Counted from the stretch's first letter, positions 31,088 to 43,785 are shown. The stretch: 64,000 nucleotides of DNA from an uncultured delta proteobacterium (GCA_963785235.1 CAWAUM010000007.1:32001-96000), one strand, 5' to 3'. Numbers and translations are program-made. Notes: generated by a model from the sequence alone, not told the origin.

Positions 31088-32116
31088 ATGGAACAGGTGA
31101 TGACAAAGCGCTGTATTGCGCTGTATTCCGGGGGGCTTGACAGCATCCTTGCCATCAAGATCATGGAAGAGCAGGGGATCGATGTTATTCCCTTGTATTT
31201 CTGCACGCCTTTTTTCGGGTTTGATGCCCTCAGAGATCCTGAGGCCTTCAAAAAGGCGCATGCGGATAAGTATAATATTAACATTCATATCACAGATTAT
31301 ACGAATGACATTACCCGTATCGTAAACGAGCCCCCTCATGGTTTTGGAAAACACCTCAATCCCTGTATCGACTGTAAGATTGGAATGCTCAGGAAAGCAA
31401 AAGAACTCCTTGATAAAATGGATGCGTCCTTTGTCATAACCGGAGAAGTGCTTGGACAGCGCCCAATGTCGCAACGCTCTGATACCATGAATGTCATCGA
31501 GAAGGAGTCGGGATTGCAGGATATTCTCCTGAGGCCTTTATGCGCGCAGCATTTGATAGAGACATTGCCTGAACGAATGGGAATAGTCAGAAGAGAAGGG
31601 CTCTGGGACATATCGGGCCGGGGGCGGAAGATACAGATAGAGCGTGCACTTGAATACGGCATAAAAAAGGAAGACATGCCAACGCCTGCAGGCGGGTGTC
31701 TTCTTACCGATGAGCAGATCTCATATAAGGTAAAAAGGACATTTGCAAGATTTTCACCTGATCTTCCTGAGAAAGCAGATCTCGTTGCCGATGTGCTAGG
31801 CAGGGAGTTTGTATTGAACAGGAGGGCCATACTTGTTGTTGGGAGGGATGAGAAAGAAAACGATATTATTTCAACCATTGTTTATCCGGGAAATATTTTT
31901 TTAAAGGTAGATGATGTGCCGGGGCCGTTGTGTATATTAAGGGGAAACGATACAGATGAGTATATGGCATTGGCAGCCGGCATATGCCTCAGATATAGCA
32001 AGGCAAAAGGTACTCCAGGGCAAAGAGTTGTTTATGGCCCTGATCCGCTCTGTATGGTAGAAGCCATTACAGCCCCGGTCTTTTCTGAAGAATACTGCAA
32101 GTCTTTCCAGGATTGA
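31088..32116 (+). CDS. PP-loop tRNA sulfurtransferase-like protein (ThiI/MnmA-like, DUF814-associated)
   Basis: SGGLDS, NPCIDC, GEVLGQRPMSQ and PAGGCLLTD motifs. Confidence 0.8.
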   Translation: MEQVMTKRCIALYSGGLDSILAIKIMEEQGIDVIPLYFCTPFFGFDALRDPEAFKKAHADKYNINIHITDYTNDITRIVNEPPHGFGKHLNPCIDCKIGMLRKAKELLDKMDASFVITGEVLGQRPMSQRSDTMNVIEKESGLQDILLRPLCAQHLIETLPERMGIVRREGLWDISGRGRKIQIERALEYGIKKEDMPTPAGGCLLTDEQISYKVKRTFARFSPDLPEKADLVADVLGREFVLNRRAILVVGRDEKENDIISTIVYPGNIFLKVDDVPGPLCILRGNDTDEYMALAAGICLRYSKAKGTPGQRVVYGPDPLCMVEAITAPVFSEEYCKSFQD

Positions 32117-32189
32117 CGCATCCATATCATCTTGGATATAAGACCACACCTATGGATTATTTTCTCAACATTATATGGATGTAGCAAAC

Positions 32190-34600
<2,411 letters not shown>

Positions 34601-34614
34601 TTGCGGGGGTTATA

Positions 34615-36186
34615 ATGGATAACTTCAAATTAAGGGGGATACTCATCCTTGTAGTGCTGGTTGTTGGGCTGGTCTTTGCCATCCCCAGCTTCCTCGGCAA
34701 GGGAGAGCTGCCCCAGGGATGGATCGGGCCCAAGTCAAAGTTGAAGCTGGGTCTTGACCTCCAGGGCGGCATCCATCTTGTCCTGAGGGTGGATTCGATA
34801 AAGGCCGTGGAACAACGACTGGGCATCATAGCGGGAGATCTCAAACCGCAGATGATAAGTGCACGCATACGTTATAACAAGACCGCTGTTCTTGCACCGG
34901 ACAAGCTTGTCGTCCAGGTCAGGACAAAGGAAGATTCGGATGCGCTGTCAAAGCTCATGCTCGAAGGTTATCCATACCTGACAGAGGTAGACAGCAAGAC
35001 TGACGAGGGTGCGACTGCGTTCACCTATCAGATGAAGTCCCAAGAGGTCCAAAAGTTAAGTGAACAGGCCGTGGCGCAGGCCCTTGAGACCATACGCAAC
35101 CGCGTTGACCAGTTAGGGGTTAGTGAAACATCCATCATCCCTGAGGGAAAGGAGAGGATAATTCTTCAGATCCCAGGACTTACCGATCCCGAGAGGGCCA
35201 AGAAGATTATCGGAAGGACCGCTGCACTCGAATTCAAGCTGGTTGACGAGGAACATTCAGTGGATAAAGCAGTTTCGGGTGATGTCCCTGAGGGCACCTA
35301 TGTTGCGTATATGAAGGATGGGAAGCAGCCCATTCTCCTGAAGCAACAGGCAGTACTGAACGGCAGCATGCTCGATGATGCACGGGTAAGCATCACGTCA
35401 GATAATCAGCCCTATGTCTCAATATCATTCAATCCCGAAGGCGGGCGGATTTTCGAAAGGGTTACTGGTGAGAATGTTGGCAAGAGGCTCGCAATCCTCC
35501 TGGACGGCAGGGTGTACTCGGCACCTGTAATCAGGGATGCTATTGCAGGCGGTAAGGCCATGATCGAGGGAAGGTTCAACGATCAGGAGGCCAAGGATCT
35601 GGCTATCGTGCTCAGGGCAGGAGCGTTGCCGGCCCCGGTGGAGATCCTGGAAGAACGGATTGTGGGCCCATCCATGGGTGATGATTCGATCCGTATGGGG
35701 ATTATGGCCTGCCTCGTAGGGGGATTACTGGTAATCATTTTCATGGCAGTATACTACAAGTTTTCCGGGATGCTGGCCAATCTGGCGCTCATCGGAAACA
35801 TCGTCCTTCTCACCGCGATAATGGCAGCCTTCCACGCAACACTGACCCTGCCCGGTATCGCAGGCATCGTGCTCACCATCGGTATGGCCGTGGATGCAAA
35901 TGTCCTGATCTTTGAACGGATACGGGAGGAGATCAGGCTCGGAAGGACCCCGAAGATGGCAATCGAGGCGGGATATAAAAACGCCATGTCTTCGGTTGTC
36001 GATTCTAACTTAACCACCCTCATCGCCGGGCTCATTCTGTTCCAGTTCGGAACCGGACCTATCAAGGGCTTTGCCGTAACCCTGTGCGTTGGAATCCTGA
36101 CCTCAATGTTCACCGCGCTCATGGTGTGCAGGTGGATCCAGGAATGGCTGGTCAATAACCGGAAGATCGAGCGGATCAGTATCTAG
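34615..36186 (+). CDS. secD: Protein translocase subunit SecD
   Basis: LGLDLQGG, RVDQLGV, LRAGALPAP and AVDANVLIFERI motifs. Confidence 0.96.
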   Translation: MDNFKLRGILILVVLVVGLVFAIPSFLGKGELPQGWIGPKSKLKLGLDLQGGIHLVLRVDSIKAVEQRLGIIAGDLKPQMISARIRYNKTAVLAPDKLVVQVRTKEDSDALSKLMLEGYPYLTEVDSKTDEGATAFTYQMKSQEVQKLSEQAVAQALETIRNRVDQLGVSETSIIPEGKERIILQIPGLTDPERAKKIIGRTAALEFKLVDEEHSVDKAVSGDVPEGTYVAYMKDGKQPILLKQQAVLNGSMLDDARVSITSDNQPYVSISFNPEGGRIFERVTGENVGKRLAILLDGRVYSAPVIRDAIAGGKAMIEGRFNDQEAKDLAIVLRAGALPAPVEILEERIVGPSMGDDSIRMGIMACLVGGLLVIIFMAVYYKFSGMLANLALIGNIVLLTAIMAAFHATLTLPGIAGIVLTIGMAVDANVLIFERIREEIRLGRTPKMAIEAGYKNAMSSVVDSNLTTLIAGLILFQFGTGPIKGFAVTLCVGILTSMFTALMVCRWIQEWLVNNRKIERISI

Positions 36187-36195
36187 GAGGCTGCA

Positions 36196-37101
36196 ATGGA
36201 ATTCATCAAACCGAATATCTATATTGATTTCATGGGGATGCGAAAGATCAGCCTTGGGGTATCGTTATGCCTTTTCATAGTGAGCATCATTTGCATGATG
36301 CCTTTTGTCCGCGGATTTAATTTCGGGACAGAATTCTCAGGCGGCACGGAGATCCAGGTAGCACTTCCGGGGAGCGTGCAGGCACAGGACGTGAGAAAGG
36401 CCCTGACCCCTCTGAAGCTTGCCGAACTCCGTATCCAGAGCATATCGAGCGAAAAAGGCAATGAGTACCTCATCAGGGTTCCGACTATGAGCGAGTCGGG
36501 AAAGGATATCGCCCAGATGATAGAGAAAAGCCTGAGAGATACCTTTGGCAAGGATAAGGTGGATATCAGGCGGGCTGATATGGTGGGCGCTGCGGTCAGC
36601 AAGGACATCAAAATGAAGGGGCTCCTGTCAATGATCTATGCCTGGATAGGTATCCTTATCTATGTATGGATCAGGTTCGAGTTCAGTTACTCGGTTGGGG
36701 CCATCCTTGCCCTTATTCATGACGCCACCATAACCTTGGGTGTATTTGCCCTCGTGGGCAAGGAGATAAACCTTACCATTGTCGCAGCGATCCTTACCAT
36801 CATCGGTTTTTCCGTAAACGATACCGTCGTGGTCTTCGACCGGATCAGGGAGAACATCAAGAAGAAGAGCGGGTCATTTGACCTCTTCACGGTAATCAAT
36901 GAGAGCACAAGCCAGACGCTCAGCAGGACGATCCTTACCTCCTTTACCGTGTTTCTTGTCGTGGTGGCGCTGTTCTTCCTTGGCGGGAGCGTGATTCACG
37001 ACTTCGCATTTGCCATGATCATCGGGGTAGTTATCGGAACCTACTCGTCCATCTTCATTGCAAGCCCCATCATGGCCATGCTGCATAGAGAAAAGAAATG
37101 A
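36196..37101 (+). CDS. secF: Protein translocase subunit SecF
   Basis: GTEFSGG, NDTVVVFDRIRE and GTYSSIFIA motifs. Confidence 0.96.
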   Translation: MEFIKPNIYIDFMGMRKISLGVSLCLFIVSIICMMPFVRGFNFGTEFSGGTEIQVALPGSVQAQDVRKALTPLKLAELRIQSISSEKGNEYLIRVPTMSESGKDIAQMIEKSLRDTFGKDKVDIRRADMVGAAVSKDIKMKGLLSMIYAWIGILIYVWIRFEFSYSVGAILALIHDATITLGVFALVGKEINLTIVAAILTIIGFSVNDTVVVFDRIRENIKKKSGSFDLFTVINESTSQTLSRTILTSFTVFLVVVALFFLGGSVIHDFAFAMIIGVVIGTYSSIFIASPIMAMLHREKK

Positions 37102-37105
37102 TTCG

Positions 37106-37134
37106 TGAGGGGGGGGCATTTCAGCCCCCCCTCA
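37106..37134. terminator. Hairpin between convergent secF and panP
   Basis: TGAG(G)nC-ATTTCA-G(C)nTCA inverted repeat. Confidence 0.65.
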
Positions 37135-37188
37135 TGTTCTCAATCAGTTTATGTAAGAATATGTGAGTTGTGATATAGACAGGATTTG

Positions 37189-38901
37189 TTATGCAGTCTT
37201 GAGAAGTCCTTTAGAATCAAGGCAGCCCCTCTTCATGTTCCGCCACAACTTGATTCCCATGCTTCTGTGCTCATTCAGTATCTGCTTGAGCATGTAACGT
37301 TCCGTGTTAGGGTTGATGGTTATGGCCCTGAGAACTACAATCTTTCTTGGTGCGTATCTTGTAGACTCTATCCTGGTACGGGACACGAAAGACATATCAT
37401 GATCACGTATGGTCTTGTGCAGCTCTATGTTAAGGTTGTTTATAAGCTTGTTGATGGTGGTGATGCGGTCTGAGTTCTTTCTGGGATTCTTCATCAACTC
37501 GTTAAGCAGAGATCTCAACTCCTCAGGGATGAACCGGTAATTAATGATAAAGAGTTCAGGTTTGTTCATCAGCTCGAAAAGAGGGTCCCGTTCGATAAAT
37601 TCTACGAAGGTGTTCTGCAGATCGCGTGCATGGTCAAAGATGAGCTTGTAGCCGTTTTTACCAAAGATCTTTATGGACGCCCATGGTTTGAGGCAAGAAA
37701 AAGATCGTGACCCTTCAATGGTGAATCTGCCCTGGTCCACTGAACCTTCGCGGATGATGTAGTTTGATGTATGGTAGAGAAATTTGGAATCATCCACATC
37801 CTTGAAAACGCATATGCCCAAGCTGTTTGGGACATAAAGGAGCTTATGGGCATCCATGGTTACGGAGTCGGCCTTCTCGATACCCCGCATCATATCACGT
37901 GCGCCATCCATGAGCAGTGCTCCGCCGCCCCATGCGGCATCCACATGGAAATGGGCACCGAGTTGCTGCGCGATTTCAGCCAGAGAATCTAGGTCATCGA
38001 TGTTGCCTGTCTCGGTTGTTCCTGCAATACCGATGATGGCAACGAATTTCGTTGGTTTCCCGACAGTCTTGTCTTCTTTTCTTATCTTCTCTACAATGCA
38101 CTGAAGCTTGTTGATATCAATTTTGTTGATGCAGGGTTGAACAGGAATGTGTATTACACCCTGCTCGCCGATACCGAGTATGGTGCCTGCCTTGCAGATG
38201 GAGTAATGCCCGCGCTTGGAAACGAGGATGACTGCCTGCCTGTAACCGTAGTGATCCAGTGCCCTGGCGAGCCCTTCAACCCTTACCCCCCTGAACCCTT
38301 TGTTATCGGGTGGAAACGCCTTGGCCATGGCAAGGGTCAGCGCAGTGATGTTGGCAACGGTGCCATCTGAGGTGATATTGCCCAGCACAATTTTCGGGTT
38401 CTGGATATTTTTCTTATAGAAATCAGGGGTGCTGTTATAGATGAGCCGGTGAATCCAGCACAGGAACTCCCTTTCTACAAAGGATGATGCCTTGGCGCTC
38501 TCTATCTTCACCTGATTCTGGTTGAGGCTTACGGCAATCATCTCAAGCAGGATCATGAAATAGGGAATAGCACTTGTCATGTGGCCGATATAATAAGGGT
38601 TGGCAACTTTTACCGAATGCTTGACGATGTTATGTTTGATCTCATCAAGGACGTCCTTGATGAGATGAGGATGGCAAGGCATCTCGATATTGTTAAAAAT
38701 ATCTGCTAGATCTTCCATAGATACGGAAGAATGGATACCGCCCTTCTCTTTAAAAAAATCGTGAATAAGGTCGAGCAGATGAACGCCGAACTCCACGAAC
38801 CTGTCCGATGAGTCGGGCATTATGAAGAGCTTCTTCATATATTCCGGAGTGCTTTCGATCATCTTTTCTATCGGCTCCCCGCCGAGCTTAAGTGACTCCA
38901 T
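37189..38901 (-). CDS. panP: Group II PLP-dependent decarboxylase, PanP-like aspartate 1-decarboxylase
   Basis: YIGHMTSA, GTVANITAL, HYS, GTTETG, HVDAAWGG and DAHK motifs. Confidence 0.8.
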   Translation of the reverse strand: MESLKLGGEPIEKMIESTPEYMKKLFIMPDSSDRFVEFGVHLLDLIHDFFKEKGGIHSSVSMEDLADIFNNIEMPCHPHLIKDVLDEIKHNIVKHSVKVANPYYIGHMTSAIPYFMILLEMIAVSLNQNQVKIESAKASSFVEREFLCWIHRLIYNSTPDFYKKNIQNPKIVLGNITSDGTVANITALTLAMAKAFPPDNKGFRGVRVEGLARALDHYGYRQAVILVSKRGHYSICKAGTILGIGEQGVIHIPVQPCINKIDINKLQCIVEKIRKEDKTVGKPTKFVAIIGIAGTTETGNIDDLDSLAEIAQQLGAHFHVDAAWGGGALLMDGARDMMRGIEKADSVTMDAHKLLYVPNSLGICVFKDVDDSKFLYHTSNYIIREGSVDQGRFTIEGSRSFSCLKPWASIKIFGKNGYKLIFDHARDLQNTFVEFIERDPLFELMNKPELFIINYRFIPEELRSLLNELMKNPRKNSDRITTINKLINNLNIELHKTIRDHDMSFVSRTRIESTRYAPRKIVVLRAITINPNTERYMLKQILNEHRSMGIKLWRNMKRGCLDSKGLLKTA

Positions 38902-38987
38902 GGTGAGGTCTCTTTCTTCCCTTAGCGGCAAAAAACATATATACCATAAGACAGGTATTGGTAAAAAGGAGAAAGTATTAAAAGTTT

Positions 38988-39818
38988 ATGGATAAATCGA
39001 CTCTGTATTTAGTCCCTACACCCATCGGTAATCTCAAGGATATAACCTTCAGGGCCATTGATATTCTTGAAAAGGTGGATTTAATCCTCTGTGAGGACAC
39101 AAGGCATACGAAAAAGCTCCTTACCCATTATGGAATCAGTAAGCCAATGGTAAGCTGCGAACGTTTCAGTGAGGCAAGGAAAATTGCATATATCCTCGAT
39201 CAACTTGATGGGGGAAAGAATATTGCGCTGGTGAGTGATGCAGGAACACCTACCATTTCAGACCCTGGATCGAGGCTTGTAGCACAGGTACATGCCAAAG
39301 GTGGCAGGGTTGAAGCCTTACCAGGACCATGTGCATGTATCACCGCATTATCGGGATCAGGTTTTGAGGCGCCTTTTCGTTTCATCGGGTTTTTTCCGAG
39401 GCAGAAAGACTTAACTGAAAAAGAGCTTTTAAGGATGAAGGCATCGACAGATGCAACTATCTGCTATGAGTCTCCACGGAGGCTCTTGTCCATGATGAAA
39501 CTCATAAAAGGGTATATGCCTGAGCGGAAATTATGTGTTGCAAGAGAGCTTACCAAGATCCATGAAGAATACATGATTGGAACAGCAGATGAGTTGATCT
39601 CCCTACTGGAAGACCATGAGATCAAGGGAGAGGTGACGTTAATAGTCAGTGGGGCCTCCACCAATGAAATTCTTGATCCTGATTCAATAAAAGACCGCGC
39701 CATGTCTCTGTTGGAATCGGGCCATTCCAGGAAGGATGTCCTCCATGTGCTCTCCCAGGAGACAGGCATCGGAAGGAATGAAATTTATAAAATGCTTATC
39801 GATCTAAAAAAAGATTAA
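38988..39818 (+). CDS. rsmI: 16S rRNA (cytidine1402-2'-O)-methyltransferase
   Basis: TPIGNL, EDTR, SDAGTPTISDPG, YESP and RELTKIHEE motifs. Confidence 0.95.
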   Translation: MDKSTLYLVPTPIGNLKDITFRAIDILEKVDLILCEDTRHTKKLLTHYGISKPMVSCERFSEARKIAYILDQLDGGKNIALVSDAGTPTISDPGSRLVAQVHAKGGRVEALPGPCACITALSGSGFEAPFRFIGFFPRQKDLTEKELLRMKASTDATICYESPRRLLSMMKLIKGYMPERKLCVARELTKIHEEYMIGTADELISLLEDHEIKGEVTLIVSGASTNEILDPDSIKDRAMSLLESGHSRKDVLHVLSQETGIGRNEIYKMLIDLKKD

Positions 39819-39842
39819 AGTATTATGAATGGCCACCGATAA
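39816..39842 (+). promoter_or_regulatory. sigma28 (FliA)-type promoter
   Basis: TAAA-N15-ACCGATAA versus consensus TAAA-N15-GCCGATAA. Confidence 0.7.
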
Positions 39843-39874
39843 GTTAAAGGTATAACACTTGAAAGGGGACCGCC

Positions 39875-40141
39875 ATGAAGGTCAATCCTGAATTGGGAAA
39901 TGTAATTAATATTATAACGAAAGAGAAAGACTCTGAATTCAAGAAGAGGACACAAGATGTAAGGTCTCAGGACCGGATTGAAGATATTGTGTCAGTTGAG
40001 AATAAACAGGCGGCAGCGTCCCGAGTGGAGAATGTTGAAGAGGCAAAAAAGATTCTCTCTTATGTGACCAAGGGCATTGAAAATGTATCATCAGGGCTTT
40101 ACAGCCTTGATTATCAGCGAGTATCAAAAGTTATCAACTGA
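39875..40141 (+). CDS. 88-aa protein resembling the flagellin C-terminal helix
   Basis: AAGGGG RBS. ENKQAAASRVENVEEAK resembles the flagellin ENLxAAxSRIxDVDxAK motif. Confidence 0.65.
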   Translation: MKVNPELGNVINIITKEKDSEFKKRTQDVRSQDRIEDIVSVENKQAAASRVENVEEAKKILSYVTKGIENVSSGLYSLDYQRVSKVIN

Positions 40142-40158
40142 GTAAGCTTTTTAGTATG

Positions 40159-40180
40159 CCTTTGGGGTAATTCCCAAAGG
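40159..40180. terminator. Hairpin between convergent 88-aa and HDOD genes
   Basis: CCTTTGGG-GTAATT-CCCAAAGG flanked by T- and A-rich runs. Confidence 0.55.
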
Positions 40181-40318
40181 TAAAAGGATCAAGAGGCATT
40201 TTTTACCAATGCCATTGCCATTAAACTTCGAATACCCTCACCACAAAGAATATCTAATTTAAATAAACCTTGTTTAACGTATAATATTGCCGGGAAAACT
40301 GGAAATGAAAGAAGATTC

Positions 40319-41392
40319 TCAGCTGTTCTGAATAAGATCAGTGCCTTCTTGATCAGGATCAAGCATGACCCTGTGGATGCGTTTCAGATCCCTCGTGATT
40401 TCAGGCGTGAGGATACTCTCTATCTTGGGTTGCTTGTTGATATAACGGTAATAGTCATCACCGATATAAGGGCCCTTAATCTCTTGGGTGAAGTTCTTGG
40501 CTGCAATGTCGGATATGGTCAAGATTGCTAGTTCTTTGATAATATCGTTACAGGATTGGCCGATTTCTCGTAAGGGCCAGAACATGGGCCAGTGATGCTT
40601 CTCAATACACGAGACAAGACGAGGGGGCATACCCCAGCGTTTTGCAAGGACAGCTCCAAGTGTTGCGTGATCAATACCGAAATGATCAATCTCCTGTTTC
40701 AGCCTTTGCCTCGGATCTACCGAGAACGCGTTGGTAGGAGGAGCAAGTGACGTTATCATGATGGTTCGTGCAATATCATGGAGCATGCCAAGAGTAACCA
40801 TTGTTCCTCCCGGCACTCCAAGACGGCTTGTGCTCGCAAGGTAAGCGGCAATGCTAGATGTCAGATTTGCATGTACCCACTGTGCCTTGTCCGGTTTAAT
40901 ACCGATCTTGTGCGTCCTCTCTTCCATAACAATCCGGTAGATCTCGTTATAGCCGAGGATAACAATAGCGTTGAAGATGTTGTCCACCTTCTGTAGAAGG
41001 GCATAATAGGGCGAATTCACACGTTTAAGGATAAAAGAGGTGAGTCCTTGGTCTTGAATAATTATCTTGCTGATTTCTTTTGGGTTTATATCAGGATCAT
41101 TAAGCTTGGATGAAAGTTCGGTGATGAGAGGAGAAATATTTTCGATCTTGTTGACGATCTCTTCAATCTGCGGAGGTATCTGTCTATTTTCGTCACGAAG
41201 AGGTTTCCAGTCCAGGTTATAGGCATCATGAAATGTATTGATAGCATCATCTGTTGGTGCTGTGACATATCTTGCGGGCGATTTCTTAAGGATTGGTTTC
41301 TTTTTTTCGGTCTTTATGCTGGTGAAGGCAATATATACCCCGATGCATGCAGACAGGATTATTAAAGCCCATAGAAACACATTAATATCCAT
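40319..41392 (-). CDS. Membrane-anchored HDOD domain protein
   Basis: N-terminal TM helix; QDQGLTSFILKRVNSPYY, AIVILG, GMLHDIAR, IDHATLG and WGMP motifs. Confidence 0.85.
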   Translation of the reverse strand: MDINVFLWALIILSACIGVYIAFTSIKTEKKKPILKKSPARYVTAPTDDAINTFHDAYNLDWKPLRDENRQIPPQIEEIVNKIENISPLITELSSKLNDPDINPKEISKIIIQDQGLTSFILKRVNSPYYALLQKVDNIFNAIVILGYNEIYRIVMEERTHKIGIKPDKAQWVHANLTSSIAAYLASTSRLGVPGGTMVTLGMLHDIARTIMITSLAPPTNAFSVDPRQRLKQEIDHFGIDHATLGAVLAKRWGMPPRLVSCIEKHHWPMFWPLREIGQSCNDIIKELAILTISDIAAKNFTQEIKGPYIGDDYYRYINKQPKIESILTPEITRDLKRIHRVMLDPDQEGTDLIQNS

Positions 41393-41400
41393 CAAAGATC

Positions 41401-41428
41401 TTATCGGGATATGCGAAACGGCTCTTTA
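41401..41428 (-). promoter_or_regulatory. sigma28-type promoter of the HDOD gene
   Basis: Minus strand TAAA-N16-CCCGATAA, ending 8 nt before the ATG. Confidence 0.55.
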
Positions 41429-41556
41429 GGCATAAATTATGAGTAACAATATCGTATAGGTGGATTTCTGGTGAAATAAATCCCGTGTTGCTGTGGCACT
41501 AAAGTCTATGCCTTCATTCTATTAAGTAACATACCCATTATACCGACTGATTTAAT

Positions 41557-42456
41557 GTGAAAGGTAACATTAATCCCGAGACCGAACGGGAACACATCAA
41601 GGAGATCCTGGACAGGGCTCCTGAAATTCTCACCCTGCCCAGCATTATCAATGAGATCATGGATGTGATCTCCAGGAAGAACTCATCCGCTACAGACCTT
41701 ACCAATATCATTGAGAGTGATCCTGCACTTACCACAAGGATTCTCACCGTGGCAAATTCGGCATATTATGGGTTTGTAAAGAAGATTTCCACAATATCTC
41801 ATGCGGTAGTCGTTCTCGGGTTCAAAGAGATTCAGAATATTGCCCTGGGCATGTCTGTGCTCCAGATGTTTAACAGAAAAGGGTCCGAGTTTTCGGAACA
41901 GTTATGGAAGCACAGCTTTTCTGTTGGAGTAGGCACAAAGATGATCGCCCAGTACCTGAATCTGAAGATAGATGGAAAGTACTTTGTTGGAGGGCTTCTT
42001 CATGATGTGGGGAAAATATTCATCTCCCAGTATATGACCGATACCTTCAGCAATCTTCTTGATGCCATTGATGAAGAAGGCAACAATTATAGCTATCATG
42101 CAGTTGAGAAGAGGTTTTTTGGAATTACACACTCAGAAGTCGGTGAGATTTTACTGAATTCATGGATGTTTCCTCCCGACGTAGTGAATGCTGTTGCGCA
42201 TCATCATTCCCCGGTAATGTCAGAGGTCGATCCGATTTTTGCCGTTTGCGTGCATCTGGCCGACGTTATGTGCACGGCAAAGGGGATAACGCCATTGAAA
42301 GACCAACATTTTATTACTGTTGATCGGGATATTTTGCCGATAATACAGGAACGCAGGCATCACTTTACTACTGAAGACATCATATCACTAATGTCCCAGC
42401 TCGATATTGAGATCGAGAGACAGAACAGCTTTATGACAGCCTTTAAAAGAAATTAG
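41557..42456 (+). CDS. Soluble HDOD domain protein
   Basis: LTLP, SDPALTTRILTVANSAYY, LWKHS, GLLHDVGK and THSEVG motifs. Confidence 0.9.
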   Translation: MKGNINPETEREHIKEILDRAPEILTLPSIINEIMDVISRKNSSATDLTNIIESDPALTTRILTVANSAYYGFVKKISTISHAVVVLGFKEIQNIALGMSVLQMFNRKGSEFSEQLWKHSFSVGVGTKMIAQYLNLKIDGKYFVGGLLHDVGKIFISQYMTDTFSNLLDAIDEEGNNYSYHAVEKRFFGITHSEVGEILLNSWMFPPDVVNAVAHHHSPVMSEVDPIFAVCVHLADVMCTAKGITPLKDQHFITVDRDILPIIQERRHHFTTEDIISLMSQLDIEIERQNSFMTAFKRN

Positions 42457-42503
42457 TAATCAGGGTATTCCTTTAGCTGCAATAACTCCGGAAATAAAAA
42501 GGG

Positions 42504-43706
42504 TCATGAAGGGGATTTCAAGAGCCTGTTCAGCAACGTATGACCTTCCTCTATAAAGACACCGGTGCTGCGGGCAGTATTCTCTGTGAAACAACGTGGA
42601 CTTTTTATTGTCCGGGTGCTGTCATAGATCACATAAGGCACCGGGTCAGATGTATGGGTTTTTTTGCATATGGGGGTTGGGTGGTCAGGAAGGACCAGAA
42701 GCCTGAAGGAAGCGTTGCTCGCATTCAGTCTTTCAAGTATGCGCCCGACGATCTTGGCATCAAAATCCTCGATGGCCCTGATCTTCTCTTTTAAATGTCC
42801 TCCATGTCCGGCTTCGTCCGGGGACTCCACATGGACATAAACGAAATCATGGCGATTCAGAGCATCTATGGCAGCATCAGCCTTGCCAAGGTAGTTGGTG
42901 TCGATCCAGCCGGTAGCACCAGGTACGTTGATCACCTCCATGCCTCTGAGTCTCCCAAGCCCTTTGAGAAGATCCACCGCAGAGATCATGGCCCCGGATA
43001 TGGTGTATTCTTTCTGAAGGGTAGGGACTTGCATTGCTTTTCCTTCACCCCAGGGCCACAGTGATGTGGCCTGGCGTTTACCCATGTTCAATCTCTTTAT
43101 ATTGATGGGCTGGTCTTTCAAGAATGAAAAAGATTTGTTGATGATATCGACCAGCACGGGATCATTGGGGAGAAACTGATCTATGCGCTCACCGGTTATG
43201 TCATGGGGCGGTGTGGTCTTCAAACCGGGCATATGATAACCATGGATGACCATGAGATGCCGGTACTCGATGCCTGGATACATGGCTATTGACGGATTAT
43301 CGGCCACGATATTTGAGAGATTCACGATGAGTTCATGCGCCTCCTCAGTGGTGATGTGGTCCGAACAGTAGTCCTCCATAATCAGGTGGCCATCTTTTGA
43401 TTTGATTGTTACCAGATTGATTCTGAAGGCGGTATCTTCAGGCGCAAGATCAACACCCATACTCACGGCCTCGATAGGTGCCCGGCCTGTGTAGTATCGG
43501 GAAGGGTCCAGGCCCAGCACAGTCATGTTCGCCACATCGCTACCCGGAGGAAAACCTTTCTTTACTGTCCTTACCATTCCAAATTCTCCCTGGGAGGCAA
43601 GGGAGTCCATAAAGGGTGTATGGGCAACTTCAAGCGGCGTCCTGGTGCCAAGCTCTGCCAAGGGCTCGTCAGCCATTCCATCACCGAGCAGGATAATGCT
43701 TTTCAT
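42504..43706 (-). CDS. Cofactor-independent phosphoglycerate mutase (ApgM/archaeal type)
   Basis: GDGMAD, GSDVAN, HVESPDEAGH, PDHPTP and THTSDPVP motifs. Confidence 0.9.
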   Translation of the reverse strand: MKSIILLGDGMADEPLAELGTRTPLEVAHTPFMDSLASQGEFGMVRTVKKGFPPGSDVANMTVLGLDPSRYYTGRAPIEAVSMGVDLAPEDTAFRINLVTIKSKDGHLIMEDYCSDHITTEEAHELIVNLSNIVADNPSIAMYPGIEYRHLMVIHGYHMPGLKTTPPHDITGERIDQFLPNDPVLVDIINKSFSFLKDQPINIKRLNMGKRQATSLWPWGEGKAMQVPTLQKEYTISGAMISAVDLLKGLGRLRGMEVINVPGATGWIDTNYLGKADAAIDALNRHDFVYVHVESPDEAGHGGHLKEKIRAIEDFDAKIVGRILERLNASNASFRLLVLPDHPTPICKKTHTSDPVPYVIYDSTRTIKSPRCFTENTARSTGVFIEEGHTLLNRLLKSPS

Positions 43707-43785
43707 GTAATACAGTCTCCTTCAGTACGGTTATCCTTAAAAAAGGAGAACCACCAGTTATAGTGGAATGCCCCCGGGGCACTCT

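Noticed and set aside
41523-41549. Third sigma28-like motif (TAAG-N15-ACCGACTG) before the soluble HDOD gene
   Set aside because: Mismatches in both boxes make it too weak to call.
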